NCBI GenBank assembly: GCA_963676795.2
Contig: CAXXTB010000002.1
Location: 736,001-800,000 of the forward strand
Direction: 5' to 3'
From: Geopsychrobacteraceae bacterium
GTDB lineage: Bacteria; Desulfobacterota; Desulfuromonadia; Desulfuromonadales; Geopsychrobacteraceae
DNA: 64,000 bases
The position numbers were made by a program, and so were the translations under genes. Numbering within the stretch: position 1 is the stretch's first letter; each line of letters begins with the position of its first letter. Positions 31,798-41,075 of this stretch are shown in pieces. The notes beneath the pieces were generated by a model. That model was not told where the DNA came from, ran no database searches, and saw only the letters and a list, made by a program, of their open reading frames with translations.

Positions 31798-32469
31798 ATG
31801 ACCATTTCCAAGCCATCCCTGTTTATTCGTGTCCTGAAGGTCTTGTTGTCCAGATTCGGAAGGGTCATTGTTCGTGGCGCTGAACATTTGGACGGACAGG
31901 AAGGAAGGATCGTGGTGTGTAATCATGTCGGGTGGGCTGACCCTCTCTGGGTGGGATATGCCGCGCTACCGCATATTCTGCTTCAAATGGCCAAAAAGGA
32001 ACTCTTTCATAATCCTTTCGTTGGTTGGTTCGTAAGAAGCGGCGGTGGCATTCCTATCGACCGTAACAGACCTTCCGCTACGACCATCAAACAGCTTATT
32101 TCGCTCGTGCAAGAGGGGAATCCGGTTCTCATCTTTCCCAAAGGAACGCGGAGCCGCGATCAAATCGAAGCAAAGCGCGGCGCGGCGACCATCGCTCTGC
32201 ATGCTAACGCGATGATTGTTCCTGCGCATTACGCTGGGCCGGAACACATCCGGCTAAGTCATCTGTTTCGCCGTCCGGATATTTGCGTTACGTTTGGCGT
32301 GCCGATTATTCCCTCCGTGGATGTTCGCGCTGACAAGGAGGCAGCCATGAAACTGACAGCGCAGCTTGATGATGCCATGAGTGCTTTAGCCTGCAATCAT
32401 TCAAACCCATTACCGGGCAATCATATTTCCGGACCTGATGCCGTGGGGGCAGTGTCTCGATCTTCATGA
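31798..32469 (+). CDS. Lysophospholipid acyltransferase (PlsC-like)
   Basis: NHVGWAD (NHxxxxD), MAKKEL, PIDR, FPKGTR; GGAGG RBS. Confidence 0.88.
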   Translation: MTISKPSLFIRVLKVLLSRFGRVIVRGAEHLDGQEGRIVVCNHVGWADPLWVGYAALPHILLQMAKKELFHNPFVGWFVRSGGGIPIDRNRPSATTIKQLISLVQEGNPVLIFPKGTRSRDQIEAKRGAATIALHANAMIVPAHYAGPEHIRLSHLFRRPDICVTFGVPIIPSVDVRADKEAAMKLTAQLDDAMSALACNHSNPLPGNHISGPDAVGAVSRSS

Positions 32470-32584
32470 ATCAAAATCGAGAGGTTGTCGCCCCGTAGGG
32501 AGTTCCGAAAATAGGGGTCACGAAAACAGGGGAGCCCCGCCAGCTGCTAATTATGATGGTAGACCCCTAACTCTAACTAATGTT

Positions 32585-32643
32585 CTTTTCTGACCTGAAG
32601 CAGAAAAGTAACTCGTCCGGCGGGACGAGACCCGCCGGTTTTG
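32585..32643 (-). repeat. A-end copy
   Basis: gacctgaagcagaaaagtaactcgtccggcgggacgagacccgccggttttg identical to the 27987-28037 stretch. Confidence 0.9.
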
Positions 32644-32674
32644 CCCTTTCGTCTTTTAGATTCTTTGTAGGTCG

Positions 32675-33148
32675 CTATTTCGAGAGATTGTTGAATATCT
32701 TCAGACATTCAATCCGAGCTGTCTCAAGTTTCTGCTCTGTATAGCTTGATGCCTTAAGTGCGACTTTGGACTGTTCTATGTGGATTTCTACAATATCTTT
32801 GGGCGCTTCAATAAAGGGAACAGTACATACTGTATCAATTGGGAAATCATCACCGATAATAGCGAGTACGGCACTGGGGTTTTTGGGAAGCCCGCGTGCA
32901 ACGGCAATCATCAGTTCTTCTGTTACTGCTGCATCAGTATATTTCTTTAATGTTGGTGCAAACTCGATCGCTTCAGCATTCCCATATTCCATGAGATAGA
33001 GAAGGTAGTCGAACGTCCCGTTTTCGATGATTGCATTGAGGTATATCTCTTTTCCCTTTTTCAAGCCCTTAGCAGCGTCAGAAACTTCACTTGAATATGC
33101 ACTGGAGCTGAAAACAAATATTGCAATAATGGTCATTAGTAATTTCAT
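32675..33148 (-). CDS. Secreted helical protein, candidate immunity protein
   Basis: Sec signal peptide (..SSSAYS); two Cys; 2 nt after upstream stop. Confidence 0.75.
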   Translation of the reverse strand: MKLLMTIIAIFVFSSSAYSSEVSDAAKGLKKGKEIYLNAIIENGTFDYLLYLMEYGNAEAIEFAPTLKKYTDAAVTEELMIAVARGLPKNPSAVLAIIGDDFPIDTVCTVPFIEAPKDIVEIHIEQSKVALKASSYTEQKLETARIECLKIFNNLSK

Positions 33149-33150
33149 TG

Positions 33151-33513
33151 TTAGCGCCTTACCTCAATAGATCCTAAACCGCTTTGCCAGATTTTTTCAC
33201 GGGCAGTTCGTGGAAGTATGATGCATCCTGTTGATGCTGAACCTGGTGAAGACGCTTTGTCTCCATGAATCTGGAAATTTTTTCTGCCATGTGCACTATG
33301 GCCGACAGGGTTTAATGGTAAAACATATGGGCCAGTGCGACTACTCGTTCTGGGAGAAGAAATCCGATAGTTGCCTCGGGGAATAGGACCTTTACTTTCT
33401 TTGTCTTCGCTTGCGGGATCATTTTTATATCCAGGTGCTCCTGAGTATCCTTTAGCAATGAGTTTGTCGCCGTTTTTCAATTCTCCAGTGGATTGATAAT
33501 ATATCCATCCCAT
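33151..33513 (-). CDS. Tlde1 (DUF2778) family protein
   Basis: YYQSTGEL..GYSG..NDP..GPIPRGNY..FQIHGD..SASTGCII. Confidence 0.88.
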   Translation of the reverse strand: MGWIYYQSTGELKNGDKLIAKGYSGAPGYKNDPASEDKESKGPIPRGNYRISSPRTSSRTGPYVLPLNPVGHSAHGRKNFQIHGDKASSPGSASTGCIILPRTAREKIWQSGLGSIEVRR

Positions 33514-33656
33514 AGTTGTGCCCCTCCTTGTTTACATTTTTATTTCCATTGAAATTCAAATATATCGGTATTTTACGATTTGTCAATTAATGAAAACACT
33601 CAAGTCTGGACTGGATGAGGAGAGGGGCTGGTGCAGTCTTTATATCTATTAAAATC

Positions 33657-33970
33657 AAAATCGCAGAGTTGCGGCCCAGTACGCCGCCTTACTTTTTTAT
33701 CTCGCCATAGGTAAACTAGGGACACTCACCAGTTTTAAGGTCTCAATTCCGGTTGTGTCACTTCAAGTTTGTCGTGAGTAGTCGGTCGTTGCATATCGGA
33801 AGGAACCTGGCAGAGGGAGTCGGAGACATTGGGGCGGAAAAATTAGGGACACTTCCCTGTTTTATTTCTCCATTCCGGCTGCGTGACATTGGAACGGGAT
33901 CTTTGGGTTACTTTTCTGACCTGAAGCAGAAAAGTGACTCGTCCGGCGGGACGAGACCCGCCGGTTTTGG
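33657..33970. repeat. Degenerate repeat element (partial B end, interior, A end)
   Basis: cgccgccttactttt, cggaaggaacctg, ccattccggctgcgtgacat, A end 33901-33970. Confidence 0.75.
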
Positions 33971-34005
33971 TTATTTCCGAGAATGGCCCTTTTATTAGGC
34001 CCGGG

Positions 34006-34818
34006 TCATAGCAATTTCAAGACATTCTGTGCTGACATATTGGCCTGAGCCTGTATGGCTATCCCGGCCTTTTCGAGGATGCTGTTCCGGGTCAATGTCG
34101 AAACTTCTTTGGCGATATCGGCATCTGAAATTCTGGAATTTGCAGCAGCGGTGCTCTCTGCGACGTTTCCGAGGTTTTCTATGGTCGACTCGAACTGGCC
34201 TTGAACGGCACCGAGGTAGCCCCGGGTTTCAGAAATCGTGCTGAGGGCTTCGTCTATCTGAGCCAGAGATGCTTGAGCCCCTTCCTGTGTTAAGATGTCG
34301 AGCTCTGCCGTCCCCAGGTTTTCCTGGGTTACCCCGGAGATATTTACGTTGATCTGCTCGTTGGCATCGGCACCAACCTGAAAACTCATACCGGTTGCTG
34401 ACATATCACCGTTGAGGAGGGGCCGATCGTTAAAGGTGGTTGTTTCGGCAATCCGATCCAGCTCCGATTGAAGTTGTGAGAATTCGGCATTCATTGAGGC
34501 GCGGTCGGAATCGTTATAGATACCGTTGCCGGATTGTAATGACAGTTCGCGCATGCGCTGAAGGATCGATGTACTTTCACCAAGGGCTCCGTCGGCCGTT
34601 TGTACTAGTGAAATCCCGTCGTTGGCATTGCGCATCGCTTGGTTTAAACCACGGAACTGAGAATTAAAGCGGTCAGATATCGCGAGTCCCGCGGCATTGT
34701 CCTTGGCACTGTTGATCTCCAGGCCGCTAGAGATCCGTTTCATCGAATTTTCTTGATTCTGCTGTGCCTTGGTTAGAGGTGATGAACTTAAAGTTGTTCC
34801 ACCAATTGAAATGGCCAT
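34006..34818 (-). CDS. Minimal flagellin (270 aa)
   Basis: [59 protein letters not shown]. Confidence 0.9.
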   Translation of the reverse strand: MAISIGGTTLSSSPLTKAQQNQENSMKRISSGLEINSAKDNAAGLAISDRFNSQFRGLNQAMRNANDGISLVQTADGALGESTSILQRMRELSLQSGNGIYNDSDRASMNAEFSQLQSELDRIAETTTFNDRPLLNGDMSATGMSFQVGADANEQINVNISGVTQENLGTAELDILTQEGAQASLAQIDEALSTISETRGYLGAVQGQFESTIENLGNVAESTAAANSRISDADIAKEVSTLTRNSILEKAGIAIQAQANMSAQNVLKLL

Positions 34819-34989
34819 ACGACACCTCCGTAACGGTTACTCAGAGGCAGTGTGAGAAGAGTTCCTGAGACTGCTTTTGGGAAACTATAAGTATTTATCT
34901 TAAGACAGAGACGCTTCTCATGTCAAACAGAGGAGGGGGCATAGATGGGAAAAACCAGGGGAAAAGCCAGGGACACACCCCTGTTTTAA

Positions 34990-35105
34990 TATCTCCATTC
35001 CTGCTGCGTCACATGGGAGGAGGGCAGCCATGAGCTGTAAGATGCTTTTCTCTTTTGGCACCGCTGAAGCGGGGCTGCGAACGGTTGAATCAAGCGAGGA
35101 ATGTC
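34990..35105 (+). repeat. Interior fragment of repeat element
   Basis: ctgcgtcacatggg, tttggcaccgctg and tgaatcaagcgaggaatgt shared with 27750-27870. Confidence 0.7.
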
Positions 35106-35417
35106 TGAAGGAGTGAGTATAAATGAAAGTCCCGGAGCTTGGGCCACCGGGACTTTATGTGTTTGTCGTGTGTTGCTGACTTCTGCGATGAAGGAGAGAC
35201 TATTCCTGTGGTATGTGAATCGTCATTTTGTCTGCCGTCATGATCCAGTCGGGCATGCCGGACCGGCCGGGCGTCGCCAGCAGACGCTGGCGGTTGTGGC
35301 AACGCAGCGCCTGTCTTTTACGGCCGCCGCTGAGGGTGACTCGCAGTGTCATCGGTTCGCAGCAAATCATATGAACATCCTTTCTTGTGGCCAGGCCGGC
35401 TTGAAAACACAATGAAC

Positions 35418-35732
35418 CTACTTCTTTTTGGCGGCGGCAGCTCGTTTGGATGCCTTGAGCGGGTTGACCTTCTGTTGCTCCCCTTTTTCGGTTCCGAACC
35501 AATAGCCGGGAATGCCCAGTTCGCCGTCGGCGAATCTCTGATAGTTCTCCTCGGATTCGAAAGCGACGACGAGGTTCCAGTTGCCGTATTTCTGCCTGGA
35601 CGGGTCGATCGGGATATGGAGGATCTGCTTTTCTTTCAATTCGTCGAGAATTTCATCAAGCGGACGCGCGCCTCTGAAGATGAGGCCCGATTCGTATTTG
35701 ACGGAGATACCCATGGTCGTTTCCTGATTCAT
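35418..35732 (-). CDS. Hypothetical protein
   Basis: AAGGAG RBS before MNQETT; downstream of flavodoxin. Confidence 0.65.
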   Translation of the reverse strand: MNQETTMGISVKYESGLIFRGARPLDEILDELKEKQILHIPIDPSRQKYGNWNLVVAFESEENYQRFADGELGIPGYWFGTEKGEQQKVNPLKASKRAAAAKKK

Positions 35733-35797
35733 CTGTGCTCCTTCCGTTCTGTGTGCGTGTTCATCGTTCAATTGAAATGGGCGCAACTGGGGGCCGT

Positions 35798-36292
35798 TCA
35801 GACTTCAGCCTTGAGCTGTTCGCTCCATTGCTGCAGACGTTCTTTGGTGAGCCGGGACTGATTGTCCTCATCGAGAGCCAGCCCGAGAAAATAACCATCT
35901 GCAGCAGCCGCAGAGGTGTCATAGTCGTAGCCGCTGTCCAGCCAGCGGCCGATTATGGTTGCTCCGGCCTGGGTGAAGGCCAGATGCAATGCCGCGATAG
36001 CGTCGACAAAGGTGTCTGGATAGCCGATCTGATCGCCCAGACCGAAAAAGGCGACTTTCTTTCCTGTCAGTTCCGTTTGGGTGACTCCTTTGAGGACTTG
36101 ATCCCAGTCATCCTGAAGCTCCCCCAGCCCCCAGGTTGAGGTGCCGCAGATCAGCAGGTCGTATTCCTTGAGGTCAGCTGGATCCAGGCTGGCCGCATCA
36201 ATGATTTCCGAGTTGTCAAACTTTTGCTGCAACTGTTCCGCTACTGCTTTGGTGTTGCCTGTTGTGCTTCCGTAGATGATTGCTGTTTTCAT
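35798..36292 (-). CDS. Long-chain flavodoxin
   Basis: YGSTTGNT, GTSTWGLGELQ, FGLGDQ, GLALDEDNQ. Confidence 0.95.
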   Translation of the reverse strand: MKTAIIYGSTTGNTKAVAEQLQQKFDNSEIIDAASLDPADLKEYDLLICGTSTWGLGELQDDWDQVLKGVTQTELTGKKVAFFGLGDQIGYPDTFVDAIAALHLAFTQAGATIIGRWLDSGYDYDTSAAAADGYFLGLALDEDNQSRLTKERLQQWSEQLKAEV

Positions 36293-36611
36293 AGTTCCTC
36301 CGAAAGTGAAATCCATTCTCAGGATAGTCGCGGATGAATAGCATGTCAGTGACTTTTGTCACGCTTTTGAACATTGGAAATCGCGGGAAAGCCTGCTCTT
36401 GGCTTTTGCAAATTTGATGTCGTGTCCTCACCTGACACTTATCTCTGGAGACGCCATAAGGGGGGTTTCGCCGGAAACACCGGTGACAGGTTCGAAATTT
36501 CTCATCTCCGGGCCCATCTGAAAAACTCTACTCTGTATAATTGAATAAGGACTCGCTCTTCTCTCAGGAGATGCTGCCCGGGGATTGAGTCGTCCAGAAA
36601 GGAGTCGCCTG

Positions 36612-38144
36612 ATGGAATTTTTACAAGAGTTGGGGCTCGCAGGAAAAAACTATGGGGCATCGACCGGGCGGGACTGGTTGAAACATGAAGACCGTGAAGA
36701 ATTAACAGTGATTTCGCCGGTGGATGGTCAGCCGGTCGCCAGTGTTTACCTGGCAACCGATCAGGATTATGAACGGATCGTCACCACCGCCAGGAAAGCA
36801 TTTTTCCACTGGCGTAAGGTGCCCGCACCGCAGCGGGGGGAGGTTGCCCGCCAGATCGGCCTTGCGTTGCGCCGTCACAAGGATGCTCTCGGCACCCTGG
36901 TCTCCTTTGAAATGGGCAAGTCGCTCGTCGAAGGGAAGGGGGAGGTGCAGGAGATGATCGATATCTGTGATTTCGCCGTCGGCCTGTCGCGTCAGCTTTA
37001 TGGTCGAACCATGGCTTCCGAACGGGAAAACCATAGGCTCTACGATCAGTATCATCCACTCGGCGTGGTGGGGATCATTTCCGCCTTCAACTTCCCGGTT
37101 GCGGTCTGGTCCTGGAATGCGATGATCTCGACCGTTTGCGGGAATACCTGCCTGTGGAAGCCATCAACGAAGGTGCCTTTAAGCGCCATTGCAGTACAGA
37201 ACCTCGTCGCCGGGGTGATCCGCAGCAACGATCTTCCGGAAGGACTGTTCAACCTGGTCGTTGGGCGTGGCGCAGCGATTGGCGAGCGGCTGCTGAACGA
37301 TACGCGGCTGCCGCTGGTTTCGCTGACCGGTTCGGTGGCCATGGGCCGTCACGGGGCCGAGGTGGTTGCCCACCGGTTCGGACGGACGATCCTTGAACTG
37401 GGCGGCAATAACGCCATCATCCTGACGGCTCATGCCGACCTGCAAAAGGCTCTGCCAGCCATCGTTTTCGGTGCGGTCGGAACTGCGGGGCAGCGCTGTA
37501 CCACGACCAGGCGGTTGATTGTCCACGAGTCGATCTATGACAAGGTCAAGGGCGCGCTGATCAGCGCCTATAGCGGACTTAAGATCGGCTCACCTCTGGA
37601 TGAGCAGAATCATGTCGGCCCGCTGATCGACAAACAGGCCGTCGATGCATTTTTTCATGGTCTCAAGCGGGTCGAGACAGAAGGGGGGCAGATCATCTAT
37701 GGCGGAACCCGGCTTGAGGGGGCGGGGTACGAGTCGAACTGTTACGTGGTGCCGGCGATCGCCGAGGTTGAAAACCATTACGCCATCGTCCAGGAGGAAA
37801 CCTTTGCCCCGATCCTTTATCTGATCCGCTACAGGGGTGATGTTGAGACCGCTATCGACTTGCAGAATGATGTGGCTCAGGGCCTGGCATCGGCGATCTT
37901 TACTGAAAATCTACGTGAGGCGGAAATCTTTCTCTCCGCTATCGGCTCCGATTGCGGTCTTGCCAACGTCAATGTGGGTACCTCCGGCGCTGAGATCGGC
38001 GGCGCTTTCGGCGGTGAAAAGGAGACCGGTGGTGGTCGGGAATCGGGCTCCGATGCCTGGAAAGGCTACATGAGGCGGCAGACCAACACGATCAATTACG
38101 GAACCGAACTGCCACTGGCGCAGGGGATCAGATTCGATATTTAG
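36612..38144 (+). CDS. ALDH7-type aldehyde dehydrogenase (alpha-aminoadipic semialdehyde/P6C)
   Basis: AFNFPVAVWSWN, LELGGNNA, GTAGQRCTT, GAEIGGAFGG; AAGGAG RBS. Confidence 0.9.
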   Translation: MEFLQELGLAGKNYGASTGRDWLKHEDREELTVISPVDGQPVASVYLATDQDYERIVTTARKAFFHWRKVPAPQRGEVARQIGLALRRHKDALGTLVSFEMGKSLVEGKGEVQEMIDICDFAVGLSRQLYGRTMASERENHRLYDQYHPLGVVGIISAFNFPVAVWSWNAMISTVCGNTCLWKPSTKVPLSAIAVQNLVAGVIRSNDLPEGLFNLVVGRGAAIGERLLNDTRLPLVSLTGSVAMGRHGAEVVAHRFGRTILELGGNNAIILTAHADLQKALPAIVFGAVGTAGQRCTTTRRLIVHESIYDKVKGALISAYSGLKIGSPLDEQNHVGPLIDKQAVDAFFHGLKRVETEGGQIIYGGTRLEGAGYESNCYVVPAIAEVENHYAIVQEETFAPILYLIRYRGDVETAIDLQNDVAQGLASAIFTENLREAEIFLSAIGSDCGLANVNVGTSGAEIGGAFGGEKETGGGRESGSDAWKGYMRRQTNTINYGTELPLAQGIRFDI

Positions 38145-38153
38145 GAGGCTGCG

Positions 38154-39230
38154 ATGTCCGGGACGATAAATTCGATACTGGTGCTGGGGCTAGGCAAGGT
38201 GGGGTTCCTGGTTGCACTGCTCCTCCATGAGACGGGCTTTAAGGTTGTTGCTGCCGATTTCCAGGATCAGGACGCTGCCCCCTTTGAGACCAGGACGCTC
38301 GACGTCACCAGCCGCGCCGGACTGCGCTTGCTGCTGACCGATTTTGATGCGGTGGTCTCCTGTCTGCCTTACTGTTTCAATCTTGATGTCGCGACCCAGG
38401 CGAAAGAGCTGGGGCTCCACTATTTCGATCTGACCGAGGACGTGGCGACAACCAAGGCGATTATCGAGATGAGTGCCAGTGCGACGGCCGCCATGGCTCC
38501 CCAGTGTGGTCTGGCTCCCGGTTTTATCGCTATCGTCGGCGCCTCGCTGGCCCAGCGCCTGGACAGGATTCGTAGCATCAAGCTGCGTGTCGGGGCGCTG
38601 CCGAACAATCCGACCGGCTTGCTCTCCTACGCCTTTAACTGGTCGCCGGAAGGGGTGGTCAATGAATATCTTAACGATTGCGAGGTCATTGAAAACGGCC
38701 AGCATAAATGGGTGTCTCCGCTTGAGTGGCTGGAGAAACTGGTGATCAACGGTATCCATCTTGAGGCCTTCACCACCTCCGGGGGCTTGGGAACCATGTG
38801 CGAGACCTATGCCGGCCGGGTCGAAAATCTCGATTACAAATCGATCCGGTATCCCGGCCACGCCCAGCTGATGAACTTCTATTTTCACGAACTGCTGCTG
38901 CGCGAGGATCGTCAGCGCGCCGGGGAGATCCTGGTGCACGCAAAACCGCCGGTCAATGACGATGTCGTCTACGTACACGCTTCGGCGGAGGGATGGCGTC
39001 ACGGCCAGCTGCTGCGCGAAGAGTTTGTCAATGCCTACCGGCCACGTGAGATAGCCGGGCGCCAGTGGCGGGCGATCTCCTGGACGACCGCGGCCTCGGT
39101 CTGCGCGGTGATTGAACTGGTGAGCTGCGGGACTTTGCCGGCCAAGGGATTTATCAAGCAGGAAGAGATCGATTTTGCTGACTTTTTGAAGACCAAAAAC
39201 GGGCGGTTATATGCCGAACAGGATTTGTAA
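38154..39230 (+). CDS. Saccharopine dehydrogenase-like protein (candidate lysine 6-dehydrogenase)
   Basis: GLGKVG, YFDLTED, CGLAPG, WSPEGVVNEY, IRYPGH. Confidence 0.85.
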   Translation: MSGTINSILVLGLGKVGFLVALLLHETGFKVVAADFQDQDAAPFETRTLDVTSRAGLRLLLTDFDAVVSCLPYCFNLDVATQAKELGLHYFDLTEDVATTKAIIEMSASATAAMAPQCGLAPGFIAIVGASLAQRLDRIRSIKLRVGALPNNPTGLLSYAFNWSPEGVVNEYLNDCEVIENGQHKWVSPLEWLEKLVINGIHLEAFTTSGGLGTMCETYAGRVENLDYKSIRYPGHAQLMNFYFHELLLREDRQRAGEILVHAKPPVNDDVVYVHASAEGWRHGQLLREEFVNAYRPREIAGRQWRAISWTTAASVCAVIELVSCGTLPAKGFIKQEEIDFADFLKTKNGRLYAEQDL

Positions 39231-39584
39231 CTCAGAGGGAATAAACTGGGAAAACTCCCCAGATAAGAGTCGTCCGGCAGGACGATACGTGTCAGTTTTT
39301 TACTGTCTTTGTTGGAACATCAGCACCGTGGAAAACAGCTTTTTGAATTCAGATATTTAGTTCATAAGAATTTCTTTTTATTTTTTAAATATTTAAATCT
39401 TGCCTTTTGTTGGCCGTGCGTGTACATTGTAGAAACTTAAAAAAGGTTGTGTAAATTTTTCGCTATTCAGACTGACAAGGTGTCTTTTTGGATTACAAAC
39501 ACAGGCTCGATTGAGCGTGTGTTTTTTTGTTTTTGCTGAAAATATTTACCAACAAACAGGTTCCTAGAGGAACATGGAGAAAAA

Positions 39585-39785
39585 ATGGTAGAAGGTACAG
39601 TAAAGTGGTTTAACGATTCTAAGGGCTTTGGTTTTATCGAACAGGACAACGGGCCTGATGTATTCGTTCACTTTTCCCAAATTCAGGGTGATGGTTTTAA
39701 ATCCCTGGCCGAAGGCGACCGCGTAAGCTTTGAGGTCAGCCAAGGTCAAAAAGGTCCTCAGTCCGAGAACGTTCGCAGGATCTAA
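39585..39785 (+). CDS. Cold-shock protein
   Basis: VKWFN, KGFGFI, DVFVHF. Confidence 0.97.
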   Translation: MVEGTVKWFNDSKGFGFIEQDNGPDVFVHFSQIQGDGFKSLAEGDRVSFEVSQGQKGPQSENVRRI

Positions 39786-39807
39786 TCGGGGATATGCTGG
39801 AATAATT

Positions 39808-39839
39808 AAAGGTCTCGCACTAACGCGAGGCCTTTTTTT
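39808..39839 (+). terminator. Terminator after cold-shock gene
   Basis: aaggtctcgc...gcgaggcctt + T run. Confidence 0.75.
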
Positions 39840-39904
39840 GTCCGTTTTTGTCAGCAGATAACCGACCAGCCCGCATGTGGTGCACAACCACAGAGGAAAA
39901 CTTA

Positions 39905-40036
39905 ATGGCTAGAAAAACAAATTACAGCTACGAAAAACGGCAGAAGGAAATTGCCAAAAAAGCCAAGCAGGAAGAAAAGAAAAGTCGTAAACAGGGTCAG
40001 GATCTAGCCTCACAAGAGATGTCAGAACCAAACTGA
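39905..40036 (+). CDS. Small basic protein (43 aa)
   Basis: GAGGA RBS; NYSYEKRQKEIAKKAKQEEKK. Confidence 0.7.
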   Translation: MARKTNYSYEKRQKEIAKKAKQEEKKSRKQGQDLASQEMSEPN

Positions 40037-40265
40037 TTCTCATCTGATGAGTCTGGCATCTAAGCGCCAGGCCAGATAAGCTCTCCCTCTCTCAGGTTCC
40101 ACTGTCATCACTCCTCTCGGAGATATCCCTGCGGATTGGCGTGATGAAATCCAATCGTGTCAGACTGTAAGGATACGATACTTAATAACCTTGCCCTATA
40201 GACTCCGGTCATCTCCCTGGTTTTTATTGGACATCTTTTGTCACACCAGAAACAGGAGTCGTGCC

Positions 40266-40691
40266 ATGAGTGAGACCACATTAGCGGTTGGCAGCCAAAT
40301 CGAAGTTCGTTGTCCTAATTGTCGTAAAAATCGGGAGCATGAGATTCTCTCCATGAAGAATGGCAAGCCCGATCAGGTTCAATGCACGCTTTGCAGAAAC
40401 CAGCGTAAATACAGGCGTCCGGTGGCTCAAAAAACTGCCGAGGAAAGGTTGCTCTTGAAGAACATTGAGCTTCGTCGCAGCGCAAATGCTGGTCAGCGGC
40501 AGCAGTGGGATGAGCTTCGTCCAGCCCTTGCGAGTGGTGCAGCAAAGGAGTATTCAATGTCCGCAAAATATAGAATTAAGGACATGATAAATCATCCGGT
40601 TTTTGGACTCGGCCTGGTCCAGCGCATCATCGGTTCGCAAAAAGTTGAAATTCTTTTTGAGGATGGTGTGAAAATTATGCGCTGCAAATAA
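40266..40691 (+). CDS. Zn-ribbon protein with C-terminal tudor/SH3-like segment
   Basis: CPNC, CTLC; HPVFGLGLV; AGGAG RBS. Confidence 0.75.
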   Translation: MSETTLAVGSQIEVRCPNCRKNREHEILSMKNGKPDQVQCTLCRNQRKYRRPVAQKTAEERLLLKNIELRRSANAGQRQQWDELRPALASGAAKEYSMSAKYRIKDMINHPVFGLGLVQRIIGSQKVEILFEDGVKIMRCK

Positions 40692-40748
40692 TCTGCTATT
40701 GTTCCGACATTTTCAGGGATGAATTTCGCCAGAGAGGAATGAGTTAAA

Positions 40749-40961
40749 ATGACGATTTGTGACCCATGTAAAGAGTTGTCGAAGAAAACGCATCGTGCAA
40801 AGCCCCATGATATGTTGAGAAAATTGGAGGATGTGCGGATTTTTATCGGCAGCGGTTCACGGGGATATGAAGAACAGGATTACCTGTGTCTGGATTGCCA
40901 GGCGAAATTCACCCACAGTACCGACAAAAACAACCTGCCCTGGACTTTGTGGCAAGGGTGA
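40749..40961 (+). CDS. Small CxxC protein
   Basis: CDPC, CLDC; GAGGA upstream. Confidence 0.65.
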   Translation: MTICDPCKELSKKTHRAKPHDMLRKLEDVRIFIGSGSRGYEEQDYLCLDCQAKFTHSTDKNNLPWTLWQG

Positions 40962-41075
40962 TTCCTTGAAATAGTTCCGATTCGATCTTACGCAAACGTT
41001 TACCTTAGAGATTCCCTCTCGTTTTGTCATTTATCCTGGATAGCTGGCCGAGCGCTCCTTTTCCCAGGCCTAAAA

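Noticed and set aside
26255..34818. Classical integron with attC sites
   Set aside because: No intI seen, no consistent RYYYAAC...GTTRRRY boxes after stops by eye, and cassettes have their own promoters; IntegronFinder would settle it
27549..35105. CRISPR array
   Set aside because: Repeats are long, degenerate, irregularly spaced by whole genes, and no cas genes are present
36420..36600. Glycine or lysine riboswitch before the aldehyde dehydrogenase
   Set aside because: Isolated ggaga and ctctcagg words, but the conserved core and pairing are not present
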